DNA of 64,000 nt. It comes from Patescibacteria group bacterium (GTDB lineage: Bacteria > Patescibacteriota > Minisyncoccia > Minisyncoccales > GWA2-38-27). Numbering within the stretch: the stretch's first letter is position 1; each line of letters begins with the position of its first letter. The DNA lies in assembly GCA_020148045.1 (NCBI GenBank), contig JAHCRG010000004.1, forward strand, positions 64,576 through 128,575, in the 5' to 3' direction. The translations under genes and the position numbers were made by a program. Shown piece by piece: positions 1-7,672 of this stretch. A model generated the notes under the pieces. The model was not told the DNA's origin. It saw only the letters and a program-made list of their open reading frames with translations, and made no database searches.

Positions 1-878
1 TTTTTATTTTCAGGAACGTTGATTTTATCCATGAAGGTCTTAATCATCGCTAAAACAGCTTTTATTCCAGCATTTCTGATGTTTTTATGATACTCGATTC
101 TTAAAAGGTATGAGCCTAAAAGTATGCCTATATCAAATGCAGGGTCTCCAAGATGAGCTTCTTCTAAATCGCAAGTTCCAACTTTTGGACCCTCAACTAA
201 AATATTACGAGGATGATAATCGCCGTGAACTAATACTTTATTAATTTTCATGCTTTCTTTTACAAGTTCTGTCTGTGCCTCTTTAACCAATTTTTTTGAT
301 CGGGAATCAAGCTTGGAGTAAACTTCAAGACACTGATATTTCAATTTGATAAATTTTGTTTTCTTGTCTCCGGCCGTAGAACGCAATGGTTTAACTTTTC
401 CATAAGTGTTATTAACCAATTCAGCAGCAATCTCAGCCAGTTTTTTAGAAGCGTCTAAATTTATTTCTTTATCAATTACATTCTCAAATAAATTTGCTTT
501 GGGAGTCAGAACTTCAGAAAGGACTAAAACCATATTTCTCACATCATGGTAATAGATATGAGGGGCAATACCATAGCCGATAACTTTTTCAAAAATTCGC
601 AATGCTTTAGCTTCATAGATTTGCCTTTCGTCACTGAAAATGTGGTCAAAATCTATAGGGATTTCTATGTCTAAAACTATTAAATATTTTTTACTTCCTG
701 GAACTGCCTGTTTTATATAAAAAGGTGTCCCGTCAACAACTAAACGCAATACTTCAGAGACTAATCCACCTCCGGCATCTTTGAATCCCTCCAATTTCCC
801 CTTGCTGACAAAATCAAGGTGGGGGAATACATCTTTTTCAAGATAGGGAAGTATATTTTGTTTATTAAGCCTTTCCAT
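1..878 (-). CDS. APH/MtnK-like phosphotransferase (kinase); C-terminus runs off the left edge
   Basis: Own minus-strand translation from ATG at 878: MERLNKQNILPYLEKDVFPHLDFVSKGKLEGFK...KVLVHGDYHPRNILVEGPKV.GTCDLEEAHLGDPAFDIG. This gives an HGDxHxxN catalytic loop and a DxE...FDIG segment typical of the aminoglycoside/5-methylthioribose kinase fold. It is absent from the ORF track because it is open at the window edge. Confidence 0.7.
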   Translation of the reverse strand, partial: MERLNKQNILPYLEKDVFPHLDFVSKGKLEGFKDAGGGLVSEVLRLVVDGTPFYIKQAVPGSKKYLIVLDIEIPIDFDHIFSDERQIYEAKALRIFEKVIGYGIAPHIYYHDVRNMVLVLSEVLTPKANLFENVIDKEINLDASKKLAEIAAELVNNTYGKVKPLRSTAGDKKTKFIKLKYQCLEVYSKLDSRSKKLVKEAQTELVKESMKINKVLVHGDYHPRNILVEGPKVGTCDLEEAHLGDPAFDIGILLGSYLLRIEYHKNIRNAGIKAVLAMIKTFMDKINVPENK

Positions 879-904
879 AATTTTACATTATATTCTCTAA
901 AAAT

Positions 905-1900
905 TTATGCTGAAAGCGAATTTTCTACCGTAAGTTTTTGGATCTCTTTTTCCATATCAAAATATTCATCAATTTTCATCATGAAAGTACCTTGAGAACT
1001 TTCACCACCAATCAAGAATTCAACAACACCCATTATGTAATTCCGGAGCAACAAAAACCCCCTCAGTTTATTAATTTCTTGAGGCAAAAGTTTTCTTATG
1101 GAATTATAGTTCTGAATATAGCCATACAAATCATTTACATTTTTATTTTTTACGAATATATCCCAAAGAGCAAAAGCTAAACCAGTAACAATAGGGCCGT
1201 GAAATAAATCATCAAAGTCCAATATCCCTGATACCTTATTATCTTTTACTAAAATATTTGGTGCATGTATGTCTTTTTGGACAATTGCTATTGGTAACTC
1301 ACTAATATCAAGAGTAAAACTTTTTGCCCTTAGAATAAAATCTTTGACTTCCTTATTTTTGATTTTTGATACATCAATACTATTAACAGAAAGGAGATCA
1401 GTAAAGAGAAAATCCTTCACTTTTTTATTTGTGTCACAAAGCTTTAGAACAGGCGATAATTTGGATTCAAAACACGTTGCTAATTTATGCATTCTTGCTT
1501 GTAAATAAGAAAGTTCTTTTAATAAACTTGGTGAATAATAGGAAGGATGATTGCCTTCTATAAATTCCATTAAGATACTGCGCCATGTTTTATCTTTTAT
1601 TTTTGTATGCGAGATAAAATAATTATCAACAGTACAAATAATTTTAGGCACAGGAATTTTATTTGCTATCAAGAAATTTATATATTCAACCTCTAAACGA
1701 ATTTCATCTTCAGTTCTTCTTCTTTGGCGATATACACGCATTGCATATTTTTTCTCTTTAGTGGTAATTATAAATGTTGTATTTTCTACTCCACTCGGAT
1801 CAACTTTAAAATCAAATTCTAAAATACCATAATTAGCCAAAATTTTGGCTAAATTTTCTCTTGAGGGTTTAATATGGTTTTGTGATCCTAATTTAGGCAT
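905..1900 (-). CDS. phosphotransferase-family kinase (APH / homoserine kinase type II-like)
   Basis: 331-aa ORF. IVQKDIHAPNILVKDNKVSGILDFDDLFHG gives the catalytic loop plus DFD metal-binding motif of the APH/eukaryotic-like kinase fold. It lies in tandem with the partial paralogue at 1-878. Confidence 0.7.
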   Translation of the reverse strand: MPKLGSQNHIKPSRENLAKILANYGILEFDFKVDPSGVENTTFIITTKEKKYAMRVYRQRRRTEDEIRLEVEYINFLIANKIPVPKIICTVDNYFISHTKIKDKTWRSILMEFIEGNHPSYYSPSLLKELSYLQARMHKLATCFESKLSPVLKLCDTNKKVKDFLFTDLLSVNSIDVSKIKNKEVKDFILRAKSFTLDISELPIAIVQKDIHAPNILVKDNKVSGILDFDDLFHGPIVTGLAFALWDIFVKNKNVNDLYGYIQNYNSIRKLLPQEINKLRGFLLLRNYIMGVVEFLIGGESSQGTFMMKIDEYFDMEKEIQKLTVENSLSA

Positions 1901-1996
1901 TTTAAAAATAAGAATACTAAAAAGTCCTGGTCCCTAATTTACTTTTATTATATAATACAAATTTTTAAAGAATTTTAAAAGGGGGTTCTAAGTATT

Positions 1997-2722
1997 TTAG
2001 AATGAACCCCCTATTAATTTAGGCTCTTTTTCCAAATGAGGAACTTGGCCAATTGAGACAATATCCCAACCCTTCGCACTCAGCTCAATCTGACTTATTG
2101 AGGTATAGGCTAATTTTCCTGTGAGAGTAGTAATATCAGAAAGGTCATCTTTAATAATAGTCAGATTTTTTCTTCTTTTGTTTTTCTGCTGGATAAGCCA
2201 GAGTGTTAAGGTAATAGTAAGACGGTGAGAAAATACAATATTTACTGGAGTTGTGGATTCTTCAAAGTATTTCAATCCTTGTTCAATTAGCAGAAGATGG
2301 TTATTCAGCTTTTGTAGGATTTTAGAGCAGAGCTCTTCTTTGTTCAACCAAAGCTTTACCGGATGAATCCTTTTTTGTCTTGCTTCTTCAACGATTGCCA
2401 GTGCTTCGGCTTTTTTGTTTATCCAGGGAACTTCAGTAAAATATTCTAACACCGAAAGATGTTCGGCAAGGCCTTTACTTATAATCCTCGCCATATCCTT
2501 CGCTCTCTTGAGTGGACTGGTATGGATTTTGAAAGGTCTTCTTTTCAAGATTCGAGGAAGATTCGCTTTCAAATAAACCAAGAGAAGTTTAACCATTTCC
2601 ATTCCTTGTTTGTCAATTGGGACATAAGTTTCTATGTCTTTTTCTTCTTGTTCCGCTTTTCTTAAGAGCCCATCGGTCCATCTGACAGATGGATGCCTCA
2701 CAAACAGAACAGTCTTTTCCAT
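1997..2722 (-). CDS. histidine phosphatase (phosphoglycerate mutase-like) family protein
   Basis: N-terminal VLFVRHPS (RHG-like), TSPLKRAKDMA (SPLxRAxxTA motif) and a later FSHRLTI (catalytic His segment). A consensus promoter lies upstream. Confidence 0.55.
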   Translation of the reverse strand: MEKTVLFVRHPSVRWTDGLLRKAEQEEKDIETYVPIDKQGMEMVKLLLVYLKANLPRILKRRPFKIHTSPLKRAKDMARIISKGLAEHLSVLEYFTEVPWINKKAEALAIVEEARQKRIHPVKLWLNKEELCSKILQKLNNHLLLIEQGLKYFEESTTPVNIVFSHRLTITLTLWLIQQKNKRRKNLTIIKDDLSDITTLTGKLAYTSISQIELSAKGWDIVSIGQVPHLEKEPKLIGGSF

Positions 2723-2777
2723 GGTTCTACCCTTTCATTCATTTTTCAGTTTTAAAAATGTTCTAAACTATATTTGT

Positions 2778-2806
2778 ATTATATCATTTTGTATAAAAAA
2801 TGTCAA
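2778..2806 (-). promoter_or_regulatory. sigma70-type promoter, perfect TTGACA-17-TATAAT
   Basis: Minus strand reads TTGACA (2801-2806), a 17-nt spacer, then TATAAT (2778-2783), about 55 nt upstream of the ATG at 2722. Confidence 0.7.
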
Positions 2807-2957
2807 GCTTTTAACAGGCGTTTTAATCTATCCTTGAAATTCCCCCAAAACAGGGCTAAAAATCCCCATCGCTAGGTAGTTTTTTATCGCCAAAGAGGTG
2901 ATTTTTTGATATAATAAAATTATAAAGGTCGCTGTTTTATCTAATTTTAATAAAATT

Positions 2958-3116
2958 ATGAAAGCTCTTTCTTGGATTGCTCTTATTATTTCAGTCATAG
3001 TAGTAATAAATGAATTGTTTTGGATTGGAAAAAGTGAGCTCGCCTGGGTTTTAATAGCTTTAGGTGCCTCAGTTGTTTTGCTTGCTGTTCAACAGATTGC
3101 TAGCAAAAAAGCATAA
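2958..3116 (+). CDS. small membrane protein (52 aa), hypothetical
   Basis: Own translation: MKALSWIALIISVIVVINELFWIGKSELAWVLIALGASVVLLAVQQIASKKA, with two hydrophobic helices. It falls below the ORF-track size cutoff. Confidence 0.35.
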   Translation: MKALSWIALIISVIVVINELFWIGKSELAWVLIALGASVVLLAVQQIASKKA

Positions 3117-3233
3117 TTTTTTATCAAAGATTTAATTAGATTACTGTTTTTGAGCCGAAATCGGCATCGGTTTGATTTTTAATTTTTAAGTAATCAAAAA
3201 AGCCCAGCGCTAGGCGATTTTTATTTTTCAAGT

Positions 3234-3262
3234 TTGACGGATTTGAATAATAAGCGTATACT
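3234..3262 (+). promoter_or_regulatory. sigma70-type promoter TTGACG-17-TATACT
   Basis: TTGACG at 3234-3239, a 17-nt spacer, TATACT at 3257-3262, about 50 nt upstream of the ATG at 3312. Confidence 0.55.
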
Positions 3263-3311
3263 CTAAGTAGCATTTTCCAAATAGAACAATTAAAATTGGA
3301 AAGGATAAAAT

Positions 3312-3617
3312 ATGAAATACAATAAACTTGTCAGAGACAAAATCCCTGAAATTATAAAACAGAAAGGGGATGTTCCAATAACTCATATTGCTGGGGATGA
3401 GGAGTATTGGCAAAAGCTAAAAGAAAAACTCCAAGAGGAGGCCAATGAATTTTTAAAAGAGAGCAGCGAAGAAGAATTAGCTGACATCTTGGAGATTATT
3501 TATGCTATTTGCGACTTTAAGAAAATTGATAAAGAAAAATTAGAATCTTTAAGAAAAAAGAAAGCTGAGAGAAGAGGCGGATTCAAAGACAGGATAATTC
3601 TTGATGAAACAAAGTAG
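3312..3617 (+). CDS. MazG-like nucleoside triphosphate pyrophosphohydrolase (PRA-PH-like, about 100 aa)
   Basis: MKYNKLVRDKIPEII... N-terminus and EExxE/acidic helices (LQEEANEF, EELADILE) are typical of small all-alpha MazG-type NTP-PPases. Confidence 0.65.
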   Translation: MKYNKLVRDKIPEIIKQKGDVPITHIAGDEEYWQKLKEKLQEEANEFLKESSEEELADILEIIYAICDFKKIDKEKLESLRKKKAERRGGFKDRIILDETK

Positions 3618-3732
3618 TAATTTCCAAAGCCGCAAACTGGATATTTTTTCTGCCCCCGATACAATCAATATGCCAATTAGTTTTACCTTATTGGGCTTTT
3701 TTCTTTTAAATTAAGTATGCTATAATGGAAAA

Positions 3733-3930
3733 ATGAAACCGTTAAATGTTTTAGGGTTAATAGTTTTTTTTATCGGAATTTTTATCTTAATTGGGTTTGG
3801 ATTGTATAAGTTTTTTGAAAACACGGAAATTCCATTTATAGTAAGGTGGGGGATTATTGCAATAATATTGGGAGTAATTATTATTCTAATATCTCTTATT
3901 AGAGAAAGAATAAAAGAAAAAAAATTATGA
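3733..3930 (+). CDS. small two-helix membrane protein, hypothetical
   Basis: 65 aa with two long hydrophobic stretches. The stop overlaps the start of the ybjQ-like gene (ATGA junction), which suggests translational coupling. Confidence 0.5.
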   Translation: MKPLNVLGLIVFFIGIFILIGFGLYKFFENTEIPFIVRWGIIAIILGVIIILISLIRERIKEKKL

Positions 3931-4244
3931 TACTTACAACTTCAGATAAAATTCCGGGAAAAGAAATCAAAGAAACTTTAGGTTTAGTTCGGGGTAATAC
4001 CATCAGAGCCAAACATATTGGTAAAGATATTTTGGCTGGTTTAAGAAATATAGTAGGTGGAGAAATTAAAGAATACACGGAAGCATTAGATGAGGCAAGA
4101 AAATCAGCAGTTGAAAGAATGGTTGTGGAGGCAGAAAAATTAGAAGCAGATGCAATTGTTTGTGTCCGATTTACTACCTCTCAAGTTATGAGCGGAGCAG
4201 CTGAACTTTTGGTTTACGGAACAGCAGTAAGATTAGTTAAGTAG
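3927..4244 (+). CDS. ybjQ: YbjQ/UPF0145 family protein (heavy-metal-binding-domain-like)
   Basis: MILTTSDKIPGKEIKETLGLVRGNTIRAKHIGKDILAGLRNIVGGEIKEYTE...AIVCVRF...YGTAV matches the YbjQ family pattern along its whole length. Confidence 0.8.
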   Translation: MILTTSDKIPGKEIKETLGLVRGNTIRAKHIGKDILAGLRNIVGGEIKEYTEALDEARKSAVERMVVEAEKLEADAIVCVRFTTSQVMSGAAELLVYGTAVRLVK

Positions 4245-4291
4245 GTTTTAGTTAGTAAAAAAAGTATCTCATTTTTGGTAAAATAGAATAT

Positions 4292-4777
4292 ATGCTAAAG
4301 ATTAAAAAATCATTTAAAACTGGTTTAAGTTTTGGCTTAACTTCTGGAATAATTACTACGCTTGGTTTAATGGTTGGACTACATTCAGGTACTCACTCAA
4401 GGCTTGTGGTTATAGGGGGGATATTAATAATAGCAATAGCCGATAGCCTTTCAGATGCTTTAGGTATTCACATCTCTGAAGAGTCAGAAAGCGAGCATTC
4501 CTCAAAAGAGATATGGGAATCAACAATTTCTACTTTTTTATCTAAGTTAATTTTCGCCTTAACATTTATTATTCCAATTTTGCTTTTTGAGTTTCCAATA
4601 GCGATTTTAGTAAGTGTAATTTGGGGATTATTTGTCCTAAGTATTCTTAGTTTTTACCTTGCTAAAGAGCAAAATATAAAGCCCCAGAAAGCAATCGCAG
4701 AGCATTTGTTTATCGCATTGGTAGTTATAGTTATAACCCATTATCTCGGCGACTGGATATCAACAACATTTGGTTAA
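4292..4777 (+). CDS. VIT1/CCC1-like small membrane protein (tentative)
   Basis: 161 aa with four or five TM helices. It has a Gly-rich first helix (GLSFGLTSGIITTLGLMVG) and an acidic loop (SEESESEHS). The family call rests on pattern memory only. Confidence 0.4.
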   Translation: MLKIKKSFKTGLSFGLTSGIITTLGLMVGLHSGTHSRLVVIGGILIIAIADSLSDALGIHISEESESEHSSKEIWESTISTFLSKLIFALTFIIPILLFEFPIAILVSVIWGLFVLSILSFYLAKEQNIKPQKAIAEHLFIALVVIVITHYLGDWISTTFG

Positions 4778-4781
4778 GCTA

Positions 4782-4810
4782 TTGATAATTTTTTTTAGAT
4801 ATGTTAAGAT
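4782..4810 (+). promoter_or_regulatory. sigma70-type promoter TTGATA-17-TAAGAT with TGn extended -10
   Basis: TTGATA at 4782-4787, a 17-nt spacer ending in TGT, TAAGAT at 4805-4810. It would drive the ORF-free tandem-repeat unit. Confidence 0.5.
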
Positions 4811-4850
4811 AAAAAATTCCAAATTACGTCGGGAAAAGAGAGTCCCTGAT

Positions 4851-5018
4851 GGCAGAAGGGGAGAAACAAGGTAAGATGAAACTAACATCCTGTTGTTAAG
4901 TTTTACTTTAGTGCCTAAGGCGTCTTCCTTCTGGGGCAGAAGGGGAGAAATAAGGTAAGACGAAACTAACATCCTGTTGTTAAGTTTTACTTTAGTGCCT
5001 AAGGCGCCTTCCTTCTGG
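4851..5018 (+). repeat. tandem direct repeat, 2 x 84 nt, 81/84 identical
   Basis: Copy 1 spans 4851-4934 and copy 2 spans 4935-5018. The only differences are three C/T transitions (repeat positions 17, 27 and 73). Confidence 0.95.
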
Positions 5019-5106
5019 GAAACTCGTTGTTTTCTAACTTTCATACTCTCTTTTCTCAATTTATTGTTCTTTGTACCCAAGTGGGCTGTAATAGCCCCTA
5101 ATACGG

Positions 5107-5139
5107 AGTCCTTAAGGCAAACCCTTAAGGACTTTTTTT
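5107..5139 (+). terminator. intrinsic terminator
   Basis: AGTCCTTAAGG (5107-5117), loop caaac, CCTTAAGGACT (5123-5133), then T6. Confidence 0.8.
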
Positions 5140-5140
5140 G

Positions 5141-5167
5141 TTGACATAATTAGAAATATTGTATAAT
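5141..5167 (+). promoter_or_regulatory. possible promoter TTGACA-15-TATAAT (short spacer)
   Basis: TTGACA at 5141-5146 and TATAAT at 5162-5167, preceded by TG. The 15-nt spacer is sub-optimal, so this is uncertain. Confidence 0.35.
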
Positions 5168-5226
5168 CTGTTAGATTAGAACGTTCTTTTAAAATATGGA
5201 AAGATTATTTAGGAAAGGATATAAAG

Positions 5227-6063
5227 ATGAATCCGATTAGATTAACCAAAGAGGTGACTATTAAAGGCCCTAATTTATGGGGATTAAAAGCTAAGCTTAC
5301 ATTTTCTCCATTAAATTCAAGATATGGCTGGGTGTGGCAAAGTAATAGGTTATTTTTTATCTCAATAAATCCTTCAATTGTTGATGACAAAGCATGGGGA
5401 ACAAGGCTTTATTTTCAAGGTAAAAAACTGCAGATTTTTGAACACATAGGTGTTTTACACTGGTTTGGACTTTGTGGGCTTTCTATTAGATCTAGTTCTT
5501 GGCCACCATATTATGGACGTTCATTGGAGTTCTGGCAAGCAATAAAGCCGTATTGTGAAGAAGATACTTCCAAAGAAATTAATTGGTACACTCTAAGGAA
5601 ACCAGTTCGCTGGACTTATCCTAAACCAAGAAACAATCAAATAGCTTTTACAGAAATCCGTCCAAACACTAAAAAAGAGCTTAAAATAGAAGTAACCTGT
5701 AACTATTCAGGTATGGGTGCTTGGACAGAGTATTTTTCTTTTCCAGATGATAAAGAACTTGAACAATTATGCGCTGTCTATAATCAGGGCTGGCCTCCAA
5801 TTTTGTATTATCTTTTAAAGGTACCCCCATTTTTTGGATGGCCTCATCATAAAACTGCCATATGGGTTCAGGAAAGAGGGAAAGGGTTAACAACCTTAAG
5901 GCAGTTTATAAAACATCGGGCAGCTGATTTGCTTGGAACATTGAGTTTGCTTTGCCGAAATGATGGTCTGTTATCTGCTAATGTTACTTCGGTTTGCTCC
6001 GGCCACAAGGCTGATATTGAGGCAGTGCTTCAAGCAAATGAATTGCTTTATCAGCTTGAATAA
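5227..6063 (+). CDS. divergent LpxC-family (UDP-3-O-acyl-GlcNAc deacetylase-like) metallo-deacetylase homologue
   Basis: By-eye alignment to E. coli LpxC gives three matches. IFEHIGVLHWFGLCGLSI pairs with TVEHLNAALAGLGIDNIVI (E78/H79). FIKHRAADLLGTLSL pairs with FVRHKMLDAIGDLFM (H238/D242). CSGHKADIEAVLQA pairs with KSGHALNNKLLQAVLA (H265). Confidence 0.6.
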   Translation: MNPIRLTKEVTIKGPNLWGLKAKLTFSPLNSRYGWVWQSNRLFFISINPSIVDDKAWGTRLYFQGKKLQIFEHIGVLHWFGLCGLSIRSSSWPPYYGRSLEFWQAIKPYCEEDTSKEINWYTLRKPVRWTYPKPRNNQIAFTEIRPNTKKELKIEVTCNYSGMGAWTEYFSFPDDKELEQLCAVYNQGWPPILYYLLKVPPFFGWPHHKTAIWVQERGKGLTTLRQFIKHRAADLLGTLSLLCRNDGLLSANVTSVCSGHKADIEAVLQANELLYQLE

Positions 6064-6093
6064 TAAAAGGGTGTTTTTCAGACACCCTCTTTT

Positions 6094-6996
6094 TTATATA
6101 GGATTAAAGTAATGATAACCTCTTTTGAATTCTTCAGCGCTCATTGGTTTTTTACCCTCTGGCTGAAGTTTTTTAATTACTAAATAATCTTTCCCGCATT
6201 TGAGGCAAAGTTTTTTAGGATCTTCTGATTCTGAAACATCAGCTTCTAAAATTTTCGCCCTAAGAATCTTGTTATCCTTTTTCCAAAATGTAAAGCTTCC
6301 TGGCCAGGGATAAAAGGCCCTAATCTGTTTCTCAATTTCGCCGGCTGATTTTGACCAGTCAATTTTTCCATCCTCTTTTTTTAGAACTTTGGTATAAGTT
6401 GCTTTAGGTTCGTCTTGAGCTTTTGCTTCAATCTCGCCATTTATCCATTTGGGCAGAGTTTTTACAAGGAACTTAGCTCCTTGTTTTGCAAGTGTGCTAT
6501 CTAGCTCTTTATGATTTATATCATCTGGTATTTTGTATTTAGTTTGAGCTATTATTGGGCCGTGGTCCATTTTTTCATCCATTAAAATTATTGTTACCCC
6601 CGTTTCTTTATCACCGTTTAGAATGGTTGTCTGTATTGGGGAAGCTCCTCTATATTTTGGCAGCAAAGAGGGATGAACATTTAGACAACCATATTTTGGC
6701 ATTTCTAAAGTTTCTTTTGGTAGAATCTGGCCATAGGCTGCTACAATGATTAAATCTGGCTTTATTTTTTTTACTTCTTCAGGTTGGTGAACTACAGGGA
6801 TATTATATTTTTTAGCAATTTTTTTCACAGGGGTTGGAGTAAGAGTTTGCTTTCTGCCAACTGGTTTATCTGGAGCTGTAATAATCAAACAGGGCTTGTA
6901 ATTATTTTTCACAAGTCCTTCTAAAATAATTGCTCCGAATCCCGGTGTTCCCAAGAAAACAATTTTAGGTTTTGTTGTTCTTTGTTCTTTGTTCAT
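6094..6996 (-). CDS. fmt: methionyl-tRNA formyltransferase
   Basis: KIVFLGTPGFG N-terminus and NVHPSLLPKYRGASPIQ (the SLLP motif); full-length Fmt architecture. Confidence 0.93.
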   Translation of the reverse strand: MNKEQRTTKPKIVFLGTPGFGAIILEGLVKNNYKPCLIITAPDKPVGRKQTLTPTPVKKIAKKYNIPVVHQPEEVKKIKPDLIIVAAYGQILPKETLEMPKYGCLNVHPSLLPKYRGASPIQTTILNGDKETGVTIILMDEKMDHGPIIAQTKYKIPDDINHKELDSTLAKQGAKFLVKTLPKWINGEIEAKAQDEPKATYTKVLKKEDGKIDWSKSAGEIEKQIRAFYPWPGSFTFWKKDNKILRAKILEADVSESEDPKKLCLKCGKDYLVIKKLQPEGKKPMSAEEFKRGYHYFNPI

Positions 6997-7003
6997 TGTT
7001 CAC

Positions 7004-7672
7004 TTACTTTATCGTTCGCCATTCAATATCAGATTCTTTTCCGGCGAATTCTAACCATTCGCCATATTCATCAATCACATACCATTTTCTTTTTGTCTGG
7101 CTCCAGACCATTGGCTCCCCTTGAAAAAATGGCTTTTTTACAACCTCTTTCGGCTTTAATCTATCTAACTCCAGCCATTTTTTAAATACGGTCTCTATGG
7201 CATAGTCCAAATCTCTTGATTTTGCCCATTTTGCAACCTTGTTAATTGCCTCTTTGGCGCTTTTTACCGAACCGGCTAATTCTAAGAGCTGTTTTGCTGG
7301 CTTGGTAAATCTGGAATAAATTATTTTTTTCTTTTTAGCATCTTTTTTAATTTCACCCAAGGTTAATCCTTTAGTCTGAAAGTAAAAAGTAACAATCTGG
7401 CGAATAGCTGTTTCTTCTGTCAGCTCTTTATAATATTTGATTTGCCCTTTTTTAATATATTCTTCAATCTTTTTGGCAATGCTCTTGCCTATGCCTTGAA
7501 TTTCTTCAAGTCCTTTTCTTCCTTTTTCTTTATAGATTCCAGAAATATCCTGTTTTAAATTTTCTAAAGCTCGGGCTGCTTTATGATAAGCACGTGGTTT
7601 AAAAGCAACCCCTTTTATATCTAAAAGTTTTTCTATTTCATAAAATATTTTAGCGATTTTTTTATTAGTCAT
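7004..7672 (-). CDS. helix-hairpin-helix protein resembling the N-terminal 8-kDa/HhH part of family X DNA polymerases, with no polymerase domain
   Basis: MTNKKIAKIFYEIEKLLDIKGVAFKPRAYHKAARALENL...EEIQGIGKSIAKKIEEYIKKG matches the PolX N-terminal pattern. The C-terminal roughly 120 aa are unrecognised. It overlaps the upstream gene by 4 nt. Confidence 0.5.
   Translation of the reverse strand: MTNKKIAKIFYEIEKLLDIKGVAFKPRAYHKAARALENLKQDISGIYKEKGRKGLEEIQGIGKSIAKKIEEYIKKGQIKYYKELTEETAIRQIVTFYFQTKGLTLGEIKKDAKKKKIIYSRFTKPAKQLLELAGSVKSAKEAINKVAKWAKSRDLDYAIETVFKKWLELDRLKPKEVVKKPFFQGEPMVWSQTKRKWYVIDEYGEWLEFAGKESDIEWRTIK

Larger units (their letters stand above)
4815..5139 (+). ncRNA. candidate non-coding RNA or 5' leader (unclassified) containing a tandem 84-nt duplication
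   Basis: The unit is bounded by the promoter at 4782-4810 and the intrinsic terminator at 5107-5139. There is no Shine-Dalgarno-led ORF on the plus strand. It has internal helices (CAGAAGG...CCTTCTG closing each repeat, and GGGCTgtaatAGCCC at about 5083-5097). Confidence 0.45.

Noticed and set aside
2861-3223. Two similar 28-nt strings (AAAAATCCCCATCGCTAGGTAGTTTTTT at about 2861 and AAAAAAGCCCAGCGCTAGGCGATTTTTA at about 3196) flanking the 52-aa ORF, considered as element boundaries
   Set aside because: Identity is only about two thirds and neither forms a convincing hairpin. The similarity is dominated by A/T tracts, and I could not exclude chance.
4760-5080. 106-aa minus-strand ORF with an internally repeated peptide (…GALGTKVKLNNRMLVSSYL.SPLLP… twice)
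   Set aside because: The peptide repeat is just the antisense reading of the 84-nt tandem DNA repeat. There is no Shine-Dalgarno or promoter on the minus strand, and the ORF overlaps the 3' end of the plus-strand membrane-protein gene. The promoter and terminator signals are oriented for plus-strand transcription.
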